Source: Candidatus Poribacteria bacterium
GTDB taxonomy: Bacteria > Poribacteria > WGA-4E > PCPOR2b
Reading direction: 5' to 3'
Assembly: GCA_965215015.1 (NCBI GenBank)
Contig: OZ244042.1
Location: 2,816,001 to 2,880,000 of the forward strand
Length of the DNA: 64,000 nt
Position 1 is the stretch's first letter; each line of letters begins with the position of its first letter. The position numbers and the translations under genes were made by a program. Below, piece after piece: positions 37,194 through 46,478 of this stretch. The notes under the pieces are model-generated. The model was not told the origin of the DNA. It saw only the letters and a list, made by a program, of their open reading frames with translations, and made no database searches.

Positions 37194-38636
37194 TCAGTGT
37201 GCTATAGACTTGCGCCCGCGGCTCAACCGATTGTGCAATGCCTGTCTTGACATCCCCAACAGCCGGGCGGCAATAGTCTGGTTTCCGTCGGAACGCTTGA
37301 GAGCCTCCATAATCAACGACTGTTCAGCATCTTTCAAGGTGGGTAATTGATCTAAAGTCGGTAGTAGATCTGTGAATGGAAGCGGATTTTCTCGACCATT
37401 GTCGGCTTCATCTGCTTGATTCACGAGATTTTGGCACCCAATTTTAGCTTCAAAGGATTTCATAGAAAGCACCCCGCGCTTATGTCTGCTGACTGCATCA
37501 AAAATCATGCTCTCCAGTTCTCGTATATTACCGGGGAAGTGATAAACCTCAAGCAGCGTAGAAAACTCTGCGGGGAGCGTTGGTTTATTTTTGCCAAACT
37601 GTTCCGCCGCTTTGTCCAGAAAGTGTTCGATCAGTAAGGGCAAATCTTCCCGTCGGTCACGAAGCGGCGGCAGGTGAATATGATGTGTTTGAAGTCGATA
37701 GTACAGGTCTCTGCGAAATGTTTCCGCTTTCGTTAACGCATCAATGTCCCGATTCGTTGCAACGATAATCCTCGCATCGGTCAATTTTGGCACATCCTCA
37801 CCCAGCGGATAGTACTTCCCTTCCTGTAAAAGGCGCAACAACTTGACCTGCGATTCTATGCTGAGATCTCCTATCTCATCCAGAAAGAGAGTCCCTCCGG
37901 AAGCTCGATCAACCAATCCGTTACGCGCTGCATCTGCCCCAGTAAAAGCCCCCTTTTTATGTCCGAAGAGGGTATCTGCGAACAGGTGGTCATCCAAACC
38001 TGCCACATTGACCGTAACTAATTCACCGGTTCGTCCACTGAGTCGGTGGAGGGCTTTGGCGACTAACTCTTTACCCACACCGGTTTCTCCAGTAATCAAC
38101 ACTGGTAGTGCATTTTCGGCGATAGCTTCGATATATTGGAAAGTAGATCGCATGACAGGATTTTGGGTGATAATTTCGGAAAAAAGATCAGGCTGCTCCA
38201 GCTTATTGGAAAGGAGATAATCCCTGAGACGTGTGTTCTCATCGCGTAACCCCCTGACCTCTATCGCCCGCCGGACCGTTGTTACCAGACGCACTTTGTC
38301 CACAGGTTTTACCAAGTAATCGAAAGTCCCTTCTTTCATACAGTCAACGGCTGTTTTGACTTCATTGACCGCCGTGATGATGATTACTGGGAGCTCTGGG
38401 AAATCTTTTACAACCATTGGAAGCAGATCCCAACCCGATAGATGGGGCATCAGCATATCCAACACAACGACAGAAAAGTCCCCTGCGGAAAGAATTGACA
38501 TAACATTACGGCTATCTTGGCATTGTATAACATTATCAATGCCTTCCGAATTCAGACTTAAGCTAGCACTGAAGAGGAACTGTGCCTCGTCATCTACTAG
38601 TAAAACAGGGAGAGCAGGAAAAGCGGTTGAATTCAT
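37194..38636 (-). CDS. Sigma-54-dependent response regulator (NtrC family)
   Basis: Receiver domain (LVDDE, LDMLMP, KP), GETGVGKE, GAFTGA, LFLDEIG, HTH C-terminus. Confidence 0.95.
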   Translation of the reverse strand: MNSTAFPALPVLLVDDEAQFLFSASLSLNSEGIDNVIQCQDSRNVMSILSAGDFSVVVLDMLMPHLSGWDLLPMVVKDFPELPVIIITAVNEVKTAVDCMKEGTFDYLVKPVDKVRLVTTVRRAIEVRGLRDENTRLRDYLLSNKLEQPDLFSEIITQNPVMRSTFQYIEAIAENALPVLITGETGVGKELVAKALHRLSGRTGELVTVNVAGLDDHLFADTLFGHKKGAFTGADAARNGLVDRASGGTLFLDEIGDLSIESQVKLLRLLQEGKYYPLGEDVPKLTDARIIVATNRDIDALTKAETFRRDLYYRLQTHHIHLPPLRDRREDLPLLIEHFLDKAAEQFGKNKPTLPAEFSTLLEVYHFPGNIRELESMIFDAVSRHKRGVLSMKSFEAKIGCQNLVNQADEADNGRENPLPFTDLLPTLDQLPTLKDAEQSLIMEALKRSDGNQTIAARLLGMSRQALHNRLSRGRKSIAH

Positions 38637-38744
38637 GCGCTCATCTCCATTCCAAAAGTGAGGGCACGACGTTCAGTCGTTGATTTTCTCATTGGATAAA
38701 GGAGCATGTTGTTACTACTGTTTTTCAGATAAAAAAATTAAAAC

Positions 38745-40796
38745 CTAATCCAGCATAATCCGCCGAGAAACGGGCAGCATGACAGTGGCAGTTGTGCCTT
38801 TGCCAAATCTTGAAGTGAAGTGTAGATGTCCCCCGTGGTTCTTCACGATATTATAAGAAACTGACAGACCTAACCCTGTGCCGCCGGTGTCCCGCTTGGT
38901 AGTGAAAAAGGGTTCGATGATGTGATTCAAATTTTCAGGGGGAATCCCTTCTCCCTCATCTCGCACTCTAATGGTAATCAGGTCCGACTTTTCGTTATAA
39001 GATGTTGAGACAAACAGGCTCTTTTGGGGGGATTGGAGTGCTTGGCACGAATTGGTTATCAAATTGATGATAACCTGTTCAAGCTGCTGTGAATTTCCCC
39101 GAATTTTGGGTAGATTTTCTTCCAATTCCACAAAGGGGTGATGGGTTGATTTTTTAATCAGATTGTTCACGATAACCATTGCGGATTCGACGACTGCGTT
39201 GGGGTCAACCGGCTGATCTAGATCGCCCGCATCCCGACGTGCAAGGCCGCCCAATGCCTCGACAATTTTCCCAATACGCGCGGCACCCTCTGATATTCCC
39301 GAAATCAATTGGCCGATTTTCTCGTGTGCCCGGGTGTAAGGCATTCCTGCTAACAGAAAATCGCCATTCTCTTCATAGTATTTTTGGAGGATGGGCATGA
39401 CATTCTGCCAAGCCATGGCGAGGATTTCTCCGTTAAGCATGATGAAGTTATTCGGGTTATTGATTTCATGTGCGACTCCGGAGACCAAAATACCGAGCGA
39501 TGCCATTTTGTCTGCCTGAATTAACTGTTGCTGCTGCGATTCAGCAAGCTCCTCCGCTCGTTTACGTTTGGTGATTTCCTGTGCGCTTCCCGCGCAGCGG
39601 TAAATTTTCCCCTCTTTGTTTCGGACCGGAAAAATATGCGCTTCAATCCAGCGAACCTCGCCATCAGGGCGCACGATCCGATACTCATACTCGACAAACT
39701 CCCCACGGCTCTGTTTCTCGAAGTTGGCCATGACCTCCTCCCGGTCCTCCGGGTGGACAGCATCTAACCAAGACTCCGGCTGCGCTATCAGACTCTCGCA
39801 GCTGCGACCCCAAATCTCCTCATACGCCGGATTAATAAAATAGATTTGGCTCCCATCAAGAGAAGTTAACCAGAAAACCTCTCGTAAATTTTCCGCCAGT
39901 TGGCGAAATCGCTGCTCGCTCTCATGGAGTGCCTTTTCTGCCTTCATCTGCTCGGTGATGTCGCGGATAATGCCTTGGTATCCTATCACCGTCCCGTCAG
40001 CTGCGCGCCTCACCGTTGAAGTCACTAGACAATCTATCTGCGTTCCATCCTTCCTCCGGAATTTCAATTCATAATCTCTCACCGATCCCTTTCGCTCAAT
40101 CTCCCGCTGAAACACACTCCGATCTTCGGGATGGACATATAACTTCCGAACGTTCATTCCGATTAATTCATCACGGGGGTAGCTAAGCAAATCTAACCCT
40201 GCTTGATTGACATCAAGGATTTTGCCTTCGCGGGTGTTCATATAAACAGCATCTCTCGATTCGCCAAAAAGGGTACGGTATCGCGTTTCGCTCCGCCGGA
40301 GTGCTGTCTCCGCCTGCTTATACCGGGTGATATCACGCCACACCGATCTGCCGTAAAGGACATTTCCTTCTTCATCACGAACCGATGAAACGTTCAAGCT
40401 CACATAAATTTTGCTCCCATCTTTTCGTTTTAATACAAGTTCAGCATCATGGACTTCACCTGTTTTCACAAAGGATTGGAACACCTTGTGTGCGTCTTTA
40501 ATACAATCTGGATGATACCTCTCGAAAATGGAATGACCGATAATCTCCTCTCTAGTATAGCCTAGCGTCTCGACCACCGTCTGATTGCACCGAATAATGT
40601 TAGCTGTCCTGGCATCCACGAAAACGAACATATCCGGTGCGTTATCGTAGAGATCGTAATAGGTCCTCCCCGACTGTTCCAAATTTTCCAAAGTGCCCTT
40701 ATACCGTGCTCCCGCCTGTTCTAACTCCGCAACACGCTGACGGATTTCCATCAGTTCATCAAACAGTTGTGCTCTCGCTTTATCTTCGTCTTTCAT
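38745..40796 (-). CDS. Multi-PAS sensor histidine kinase
   Basis: Three PAS/PAC domains, AHEINNP H-box, NLITN, DEGEGI, PFFTTK, GTGLGL. Confidence 0.95.
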   Translation of the reverse strand: MKDEDKARAQLFDELMEIRQRVAELEQAGARYKGTLENLEQSGRTYYDLYDNAPDMFVFVDARTANIIRCNQTVVETLGYTREEIIGHSIFERYHPDCIKDAHKVFQSFVKTGEVHDAELVLKRKDGSKIYVSLNVSSVRDEEGNVLYGRSVWRDITRYKQAETALRRSETRYRTLFGESRDAVYMNTREGKILDVNQAGLDLLSYPRDELIGMNVRKLYVHPEDRSVFQREIERKGSVRDYELKFRRKDGTQIDCLVTSTVRRAADGTVIGYQGIIRDITEQMKAEKALHESEQRFRQLAENLREVFWLTSLDGSQIYFINPAYEEIWGRSCESLIAQPESWLDAVHPEDREEVMANFEKQSRGEFVEYEYRIVRPDGEVRWIEAHIFPVRNKEGKIYRCAGSAQEITKRKRAEELAESQQQQLIQADKMASLGILVSGVAHEINNPNNFIMLNGEILAMAWQNVMPILQKYYEENGDFLLAGMPYTRAHEKIGQLISGISEGAARIGKIVEALGGLARRDAGDLDQPVDPNAVVESAMVIVNNLIKKSTHHPFVELEENLPKIRGNSQQLEQVIINLITNSCQALQSPQKSLFVSTSYNEKSDLITIRVRDEGEGIPPENLNHIIEPFFTTKRDTGGTGLGLSVSYNIVKNHGGHLHFTSRFGKGTTATVMLPVSRRIMLD

Positions 40797-40847
40797 TTTG
40801 GACTCCTCCTTGCTTTAGCCCCAGCAGGGCGAAAAATGTATTAGGTT

Positions 40848-41052
40848 TCACACAATCGCCGCCACCAACGCGCTTTCACTGTAAAGCAACGCACGGGCGA
40901 AAGTGCCCTCGCCACGAAAATTTGGCGCATTCCACTGTCGTGGTGCCCTGTAATATGCCGTTACGAGGCGATCTCCCAGTTTGACCGTGGAAGGATAGCC
41001 CAAGTCATTGTCGCCGAGGTCGTCACAAACAATCAGCCGCCGTCGCTTGGGA
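40848..41052 (-). pseudogene. 3' fragment of a BNR/sialidase-like gene (not in the ORF track)
   Basis: Minus frame RRLIVCDDLGDNDLGYPSTVKLGDRLVTAYYRAP...SALVAAIV*, matching the D.GYP..V.L.D...V.AY motif of ORF 17-1102; no start codon. Confidence 0.65.
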
Positions 41053-41081
41053 GTAAACCAAAATAGGGGTCAACAACAACG

Positions 41082-41858
41082 TCAATTGGGTTGAACGATT
41101 AATCGAGCCAATTCTTTGCCCCGCGAAGACAGCGTTTCATAAAGCGCACGTGGGATCGAGGGACGCAGATCTGGCAAACGGAACCAAGGTGCGAAATATC
41201 CAACGCTGGTCATCGGTCGAATTTCAACCGAATTATTGGCGGTGCCGCCATGCCAGCAGCGCACATCCCGGATGAGTGCCGTTCCGGCTGGGGCACAGAT
41301 AATTGACTGCTTCATACGGTCAGGTTCCTCTTCCATCGTCGGCACTGGCTGACGAGTCCGGTGGGTACCCGGTACAAATCGGATAGCACCGTTGATTTTT
41401 TTGAATTCAACCATCAGGAAATTTACAACGATATATGGTGTCGGTACATCGTGGATTGTCACTAGACCCAAGGGATCCTTAAAAACATCCCTGATATCGG
41501 CGTGCAGGTGTTGTTCTTTCGCGCCGGGGGTAGAGTAATCACCACCGCCGCCGGAACAGATGTAATCGGAACTCCCCCAAATTGCTTCCACTATTGGCAG
41601 AATGGTCGGTAGATCGATAAGCTGAACCCACTCCGGATGATGAAGTTGAGACCCAAAGGAGTAGCGAGCATACCCTCGGTTTGCGTCCTCAAGTGGAATG
41701 TCCCTCATTTGCTGGGCGATAACGCGGGCTGCGCCCGATTGGGCATACGCAAGCTGTTCGGGATTGAGCGCGTCTTTGATGGGGACAAACCCATCTCGTT
41801 GAAAGATAGCAGCTGCTTTTTCAATTTCGGTGGCATCGATAATTTCGACATCAAGCAT
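41082..41858 (-). CDS. PhyH-family Fe(II)/2-oxoglutarate dioxygenase
   Basis: FQRDGF, QHLHAD, NGAIRFVPGTH, WHGGTAN. Confidence 0.88.
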   Translation of the reverse strand: MLDVEIIDATEIEKAAAIFQRDGFVPIKDALNPEQLAYAQSGAARVIAQQMRDIPLEDANRGYARYSFGSQLHHPEWVQLIDLPTILPIVEAIWGSSDYICSGGGGDYSTPGAKEQHLHADIRDVFKDPLGLVTIHDVPTPYIVVNFLMVEFKKINGAIRFVPGTHRTRQPVPTMEEEPDRMKQSIICAPAGTALIRDVRCWHGGTANNSVEIRPMTSVGYFAPWFRLPDLRPSIPRALYETLSSRGKELARLIVQPN

Positions 41859-42014
41859 AGCGGGCGAATCCTTTCTCCAAAGCTCTTCACACAACAATAC
41901 CATCTCATCCGACGATTGAAACCCTTGTAGCGGTTGATTATACCTAATCCGATTTTTCGTTGCAAGTTTTTTTGGGAGCTGTTACGTACGAGAAAATGAA
42001 TTCATTAACATATC

Positions 42015-42491
42015 ATGAGTGATTGCTTACTTCGTATCAGTGAAGCGGTGACGGTCAACATCGAGAATATGACTGATAATGCGCTCAGCGTCCAGTCGAG
42101 TAAGACAGACCAGACAGGTGAAGGCGTGGTGCTGTATATCGGAGATCGGACAAGGGAGATGATAAGGCTCTACCGTGATAAGGCGGGTATTACCACTGGG
42201 GCATTATTCCGTCGTATTGTTCGGGGCGATCATATCCAATCCACGAGGTTCACGGTTAATGGGGCGCGCAACGCTATCAAACAATGGGCTTCCGTCGCTG
42301 GTATCGAAGGCTTTATCTCTGGGCACTCGCTTCGTGTCGGCTCTGCTGTCTCGCTTGCTCAGGCGGGGGCGTCTGTTGTTGAGATGCAAGAAGTGGGTCG
42401 GTGGAAAAGCCCACAGATGCCGGCGCACTATGCACGGGTCAAAGAAGCGGAAAAGGGGGCTGTGGCTCGGTATCGGTATAAAAAGGGGTAG
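42015..42491 (+). pseudogene. Cre-like tyrosine recombinase, catalytic domain only (5'-truncated)
   Basis: LLRISE, SKT, GHSLRVG, GRWKS, AHY catalytic motifs; no core-binding domain or RBS. Confidence 0.8.
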
Positions 42492-42579
42492 ATGGGTATA
42501 TTAAGGAAAAAAAACGCCGTACAGGTGCTTGCATCCCGACTTGTCGGGGGCAAATTAGGGGCTTATTGCGTCTTTTTTG

Positions 42580-42608
42580 TTGACACCGTCTTCAAAATCG
42601 TTTATAAT
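42580..42608 (+). promoter_or_regulatory. Perfect sigma70 consensus promoter
   Basis: TTGACA-N17-TATAAT. Confidence 0.85.
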
Positions 42609-42614
42609 GGTATA

Positions 42615-42862
42615 TGATTGGTAGGTTTTTGTCGGCTGCTGTCAGGCTAACAAACCCTGTCAATCGTTTCGTTTATGGGAGCCCCAAGCCTGATACTCGG
42701 AGCTCCCGAAACGATACGAGAGTCAGCCTCGAATCGCTCTTGATTGATTAGGCGTTGGTTCACCTAACAATCGCCAATAGTATAACCCTTTAAGCCATCC
42801 GTTTCTACCTAAAACAAAGGGCTGCGCGATTCGGGATTATCCCCATCTGTAGCCCTTTTTCT
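42615..42862 (+). ncRNA. Putative structured leader/ncRNA ending in an intrinsic terminator
   Basis: Hairpins gattggtagg..cctgtcaatc and atcgtttcg..gggagc..gctcccgaaacgat, then aaagggctgc..gtagcccttttt; no ORF of 60 aa or more. Confidence 0.5.
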
Positions 42863-42903
42863 GTTTGCAGAGAGAAACGATGATAACGCGGAAGGAGGTA
42901 AGG

Positions 42904-43332
42904 ATGAATATCCGAAGGTTTAGGATAGCAGTGGCTTCGGTTGTTATTCTCTTACTCATTGGAATTGGTGCGTATGTTGCCTACGATATGAATACGCCTG
43001 TCCAACAGGTAAGAGTTTATGAAGTGCCGGAGCCAGGCCCTCGTGCTGTCCTTGTGGCGGATGTTGCGCGGGGTGCCCCCGTGACAGCTTTATCGAATCA
43101 AGAACCTCAGATGTTAGATGACGACGCTAGTCCCTTGCTCATTGAAGAGTGTTGCCCTGATGATTTGTCGGAGCTTGTTGCACTCGATGACGGAAGAGTG
43201 CCTGACTCTAACCCCGTATCGCCTGAAGTTATAGAAGATGCAAGGCGGCTTAGGGAGTGGCAAGAGGCTTACGCTTTGTATAATGAGAAAATGGAGGCAC
43301 ATCACGCTGAACGCTCCGAGTTGTTAATGTGA
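42904..43332 (+). CDS. Membrane-anchored hypothetical protein, possibly 3'-truncated
   Basis: RBS GGAGG; N-terminal basic residues plus TM helix, acidic tail. Confidence 0.6.
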   Translation: MNIRRFRIAVASVVILLLIGIGAYVAYDMNTPVQQVRVYEVPEPGPRAVLVADVARGAPVTALSNQEPQMLDDDASPLLIEECCPDDLSELVALDDGRVPDSNPVSPEVIEDARRLREWQEAYALYNEKMEAHHAERSELLM

Positions 43333-43619
43333 CTGGAAAAACGCGTCCAATGACTAATCAAGAAAAAGTAAATATTGCTGCTTTTGCGGCAGCTGTCGTT
43401 TGGGCAAAACAGGTTGAAAATAATGCACGGAAAAAAGTAAACAGTAAGCAAAGAGACCTCGATAGATGTATCGAGCGAAACACCCGAAACTGTGGTAATG
43501 GATCGCGGTGTGAGATTGCTCATACTCGCAATGTAACTTCTTGTGATTGTGCGGGTAATACATGGAATTACGGTTCCTGCCCCTGCGGTCCTAGTTCTTC
43601 GTCACAAAACAACAACTGA
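43329..43619 (+). CDS. Small Cys/Asn-rich protein (7 Cys in the last ~50 aa)
   Basis: GTGA overlap with the upstream stop (alternative ATG at 43350); RCIERNTRNCGNGSRC...SCDC...SCPC. Confidence 0.5.
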   Translation: MTGKTRPMTNQEKVNIAAFAAAVVWAKQVENNARKKVNSKQRDLDRCIERNTRNCGNGSRCEIAHTRNVTSCDCAGNTWNYGSCPCGPSSSSQNNN

Positions 43620-43630
43620 AAGGAAGAGCT

Positions 43631-43894
43631 TTGGATATTGTTATCGTCGCATTGATAATCTGCGGCTTACTCAGCGGCTGTCTCTGGTTTACTCAGATTC
43701 GCCGCCACCTTAAAGGGCCCATACAATTAGCATTGACCTTTTTTTTAGGCTTAATGTTCGGCGGATTTCTAAAGGGGTCGAATAAATTGGAGATAGTTAT
43801 TTTTAGCACTCTAGTTGTTGTTTGCTTTTTAATTGTTTATCTTAATTTGATAGGTAGAGTTGTTAGGCTATTACGGCGTTTAGTCCGTGCGTAG
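43631..43894 (+). CDS. Small 3-TM membrane protein
   Basis: RBS AAGGA plus TTG start; three hydrophobic segments; AT-rich. Confidence 0.55.
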   Translation: MDIVIVALIICGLLSGCLWFTQIRRHLKGPIQLALTFFLGLMFGGFLKGSNKLEIVIFSTLVVVCFLIVYLNLIGRVVRLLRRLVRA

Positions 43895-43922
43895 CACTTT
43901 TAGATTAGCAAACGCAATTCAG

Positions 43923-43963
43923 AAAGGGGGTATCTTCGGAAGTCCGAGGATACCCCCTTTTTT
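43923..43963 (+). terminator. Rho-independent terminator, probably bidirectional
   Basis: aaagggggtatcttcgga agtccgaggataccccc followed by a T-run, between convergent genes. Confidence 0.85.
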
Positions 43964-44313
43964 TATGCCTCGTGAGTTCTTAGCTTCGTCAATAGTTTCC
44001 CGATGCGTTCCGTCAACGATGGGCGGGGCGGGGGTAATTGTGCTAACAGTTGGCTGTTCTGGCGGGTCTGTATGGCGAGGAGCTGGGTCAAGCGTTCATT
44101 CTGCTGGGAGAGCTGTTTAATCTGAGTGTCTTTCTCTGAAAGGATCTGTTGTATGTTGTCGTGTATGTTGTCGTTGTTGTTGTCGTTTGTGTCGTATGGG
44201 TCTATCTCATATTGATGTCCGACACGGCGGGCTTTGAGTTTACCCAGATGGATATAATGCCTGACTGTCTCTAGATTGATGCCATGTTTTCGTGCATAGG
44301 ATTCAACGGTCAT
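43963..44313 (-). CDS. Excisionase-like (HTH_17/MerR-like) DNA-binding protein with coiled coil
   Basis: MTVESYARKHGINLETVRHYIHLGKLKARRVGHQYEI followed by EKDTQIKQLSQQNERLTQLL. Confidence 0.75.
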   Translation of the reverse strand: MTVESYARKHGINLETVRHYIHLGKLKARRVGHQYEIDPYDTNDNNNDNIHDNIQQILSEKDTQIKQLSQQNERLTQLLAIQTRQNSQLLAQLPPPRPSLTERIGKLLTKLRTHEA

Positions 44314-44345
44314 AGGACCGTCCCTGCCTCTCTTGTTACCCCCCA

Positions 44346-44470
44346 TAGTTAGATGAGGAGTGCTCATAAGTATTGTCTGAATTGCGGCTTTAGCGGAGGA
44401 CACGGATAGGGACAAACGCGCAATGAATTGCGCTACTACGAACAGGGTGATTTATGTGAGGAGTGCTCAA
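44346..44470. repeat. MITE/REP-like element homologous to 14291-14585
   Basis: Same core, bounded by two tgaggagtgctca copies. Confidence 0.75.
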
Positions 44471-44641
44471 GTCAGATTACGCGTGGACGCCTGACCGACG
44501 GGTATGAAGATCAGTGGGGCGGTGGGGCAAGTTCGAGTTGAGAGTTTAATAGCAGTTGCGTGTTAGCCAAGCCATAGGCCATAACGGTTGTGGGGTTTGC
44601 GGCACACGGAATGTGCCTACTAATTTATGGGCACCCGTCAG

Positions 44642-44812
44642 TTAGATAGAGATCGCAACGCGGCAATCAATATCCATCGGGTGGGGCAGCTACCCTCTCA
44701 GGAGAGGTCGTCGCTCTCCGATAGAATCGGAGCTCACTTTGTTGATAGAGCAATTCAACATCTTAAAGGACGGATAAGAATCCCCACCCTTTAGGGTGTG
44801 GGAGTATGTCAA
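44642..44812 (+). mobile_element. 3' remnant of tnpB with IS200/IS605 right end
   Basis: Frame LDRDRNAAINIHRVG (TnpB RuvC-III motif) and end agaatccccaccctttagggtgtgggagtatgtcaa. Confidence 0.8.
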
Positions 44813-45144
44813 ATACAGCTTGATATCCTCTCGCTGTTCTAAGAGACTGTAGGATTTACACAGTTGAAGGCTCAAAGCCTTGTCGTTCGGCGATTTATCA
44901 CCCTTGGACGCTGTTGCCAACGCCCGATGAATCGGGCAACTACAGCGGTGGGGACAGGCACCATCTAAATGGAAGCAATGTACACCATTCCGTAGGAGAG
45001 TTTATTGGGGTCATGTTGATGCCTTTCATTGGTTCAGTATGGACCTCTCCAATGACTAAACGTAAACATTAATCCTTGGGGAGTCTTTTTAAAACAGGTT
45101 CTTAGCGTTTTGCATTTTCTTTTGATATGGGTGAATCTGGTATA

Positions 45145-45545
45145 TCACCGCAGTTTGTCGGCGTATCTAGGTGCCTTCAGTTGCATCTCCGGACGGTGTA
45201 GGTTATAAAGATCGATGGGTTCATAGGGATGTTCCAGCGCAGCGTCTTCGTTGAATTTGACGCCCAATCCCGGACGGTTTGGGATCTCGAGCCAGCCATC
45301 CTTGACGACCATCGGATTTATGCAAACGTCGAAGCGCCACGGTTCAGGCGGAAAGTGCTCCAATGTCAGGAAGTTGGGGACGCACGCGGCGAGTTGAACG
45401 GCAGCAGCGTAGGACACCTCCCCGTTAGGATTGTGCGGAGCGAATGCCGCATAGTGTGAATCTGCGATGGCGGCTATCTTCCGCGCCTCGAGCACTCCGC
45501 CGCAGTGCGACATATCCGGCTGAACAATGTCTGCACCGCAGCACA
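45145..45545 (-). pseudogene. 3' fragment of a mandelate racemase/galactonate dehydratase-family enzyme
   Basis: ADIVQPDMSHCGGVLEARKIAAIA...APHNP...PNFLTLE...PNRPGLGV; 5' two thirds replaced by the phage-like operon. Confidence 0.8.
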
Positions 45546-45570
45546 ACCTTGATTTTGAAAGGAAAACAGC

Positions 45571-45915
45571 ATGATTACGCAACATCAGATTAAGCAAGCC
45601 GCCGCTGCATTCGTGAAAGAAAGCAGTGTGGACGCGCTTGCAGACATTCTCATGATGACGCCCCGATCGGTCAGGCGCTTCGTGAAATCAGACGCATTCC
45701 AAGCCGAACTGGATGCGCTCAATTATGATGGTCCGAGAGATTTCACAGGCCGCAAGCGGGGACGCGCTCGGAAATACCATCATGCCCGCGATTTGTGGGA
45801 AAGCATAAGAGCATCCACGCCACGCCACAAGCAGAGCCAGATTATCAGTCAAGTCATCGGCGTGCATGTCGTCACTGCCAGAGCATGGCTGAAAGAGTGG
45901 AGGGACAACGCATGA
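45571..45915 (+). CDS. Hypothetical protein with two HTH-like segments
   Basis: RBS AAGGA; LADILMMTPRSVRRF and ISQVIGVHVVTARAW; ATGA overlap with the next gene. Confidence 0.6.
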   Translation: MITQHQIKQAAAAFVKESSVDALADILMMTPRSVRRFVKSDAFQAELDALNYDGPRDFTGRKRGRARKYHHARDLWESIRASTPRHKQSQIISQVIGVHVVTARAWLKEWRDNA

Positions 45916-46478
45916 GAAACGCCAAGCACATCACGCATGAGATCGCGTATCAGCAGATCCTCGCGGACGGCTGTCTACGACCGAAAGGCCGTGGATTTGG
46001 CAACGACTGGATAGCGGGTGATGATCGATACATCTTCCTTGCCGTGGGCAGCAAGTATAAATCGATTATGCCCGATGATCGGTATTCATTTGAGTTTGAT
46101 GCTCACACGCTGGTTGCACAAGGTGCCACGGTGGGTATTGCTCTCGGCGTGCACTACGATTTTATCATGCACGTTGCAGCCGCTGCCGTTTATGCAATGT
46201 TATTCCTAGAACGCATGTTTGGCATGGCTGAGGGGGTAATCGAAACCAACTACCACGATTTGCTATACGCTGCAACCGATCCCACAGATCAATCAGAAGC
46301 TGTCGAGCAAGTCCGGGAAATATTCCGATCGGATGTGAAGATGCTGCATCAAGCATATCGCACGCGCGGGCCGCGTGCGCTTGAGGTCTTGGAACACGGC
46401 GATGAGGATGTCGAAATCCTTGTCGATTGGAATCTCAGCCTTGACTTGTGCATAAAGCACGGAAAGGAGTCAAAATGA
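45912..46478 (+). CDS. Hypothetical phage-like protein
   Basis: ATGA overlaps at both ends; MRNAKHITH...ILADGCLRP...YIFL. Confidence 0.6.
   Translation: MRNAKHITHEIAYQQILADGCLRPKGRGFGNDWIAGDDRYIFLAVGSKYKSIMPDDRYSFEFDAHTLVAQGATVGIALGVHYDFIMHVAAAAVYAMLFLERMFGMAEGVIETNYHDLLYAATDPTDQSEAVEQVREIFRSDVKMLHQAYRTRGPRALEVLEHGDEDVEILVDWNLSLDLCIKHGKESK

Noticed and set aside
45078-45122. Possible IS5-like end (aaaacaggttctta) and a ~20-nt match to 22260
   Set aside because: Too short and no partner end was found, so it cannot be supported.
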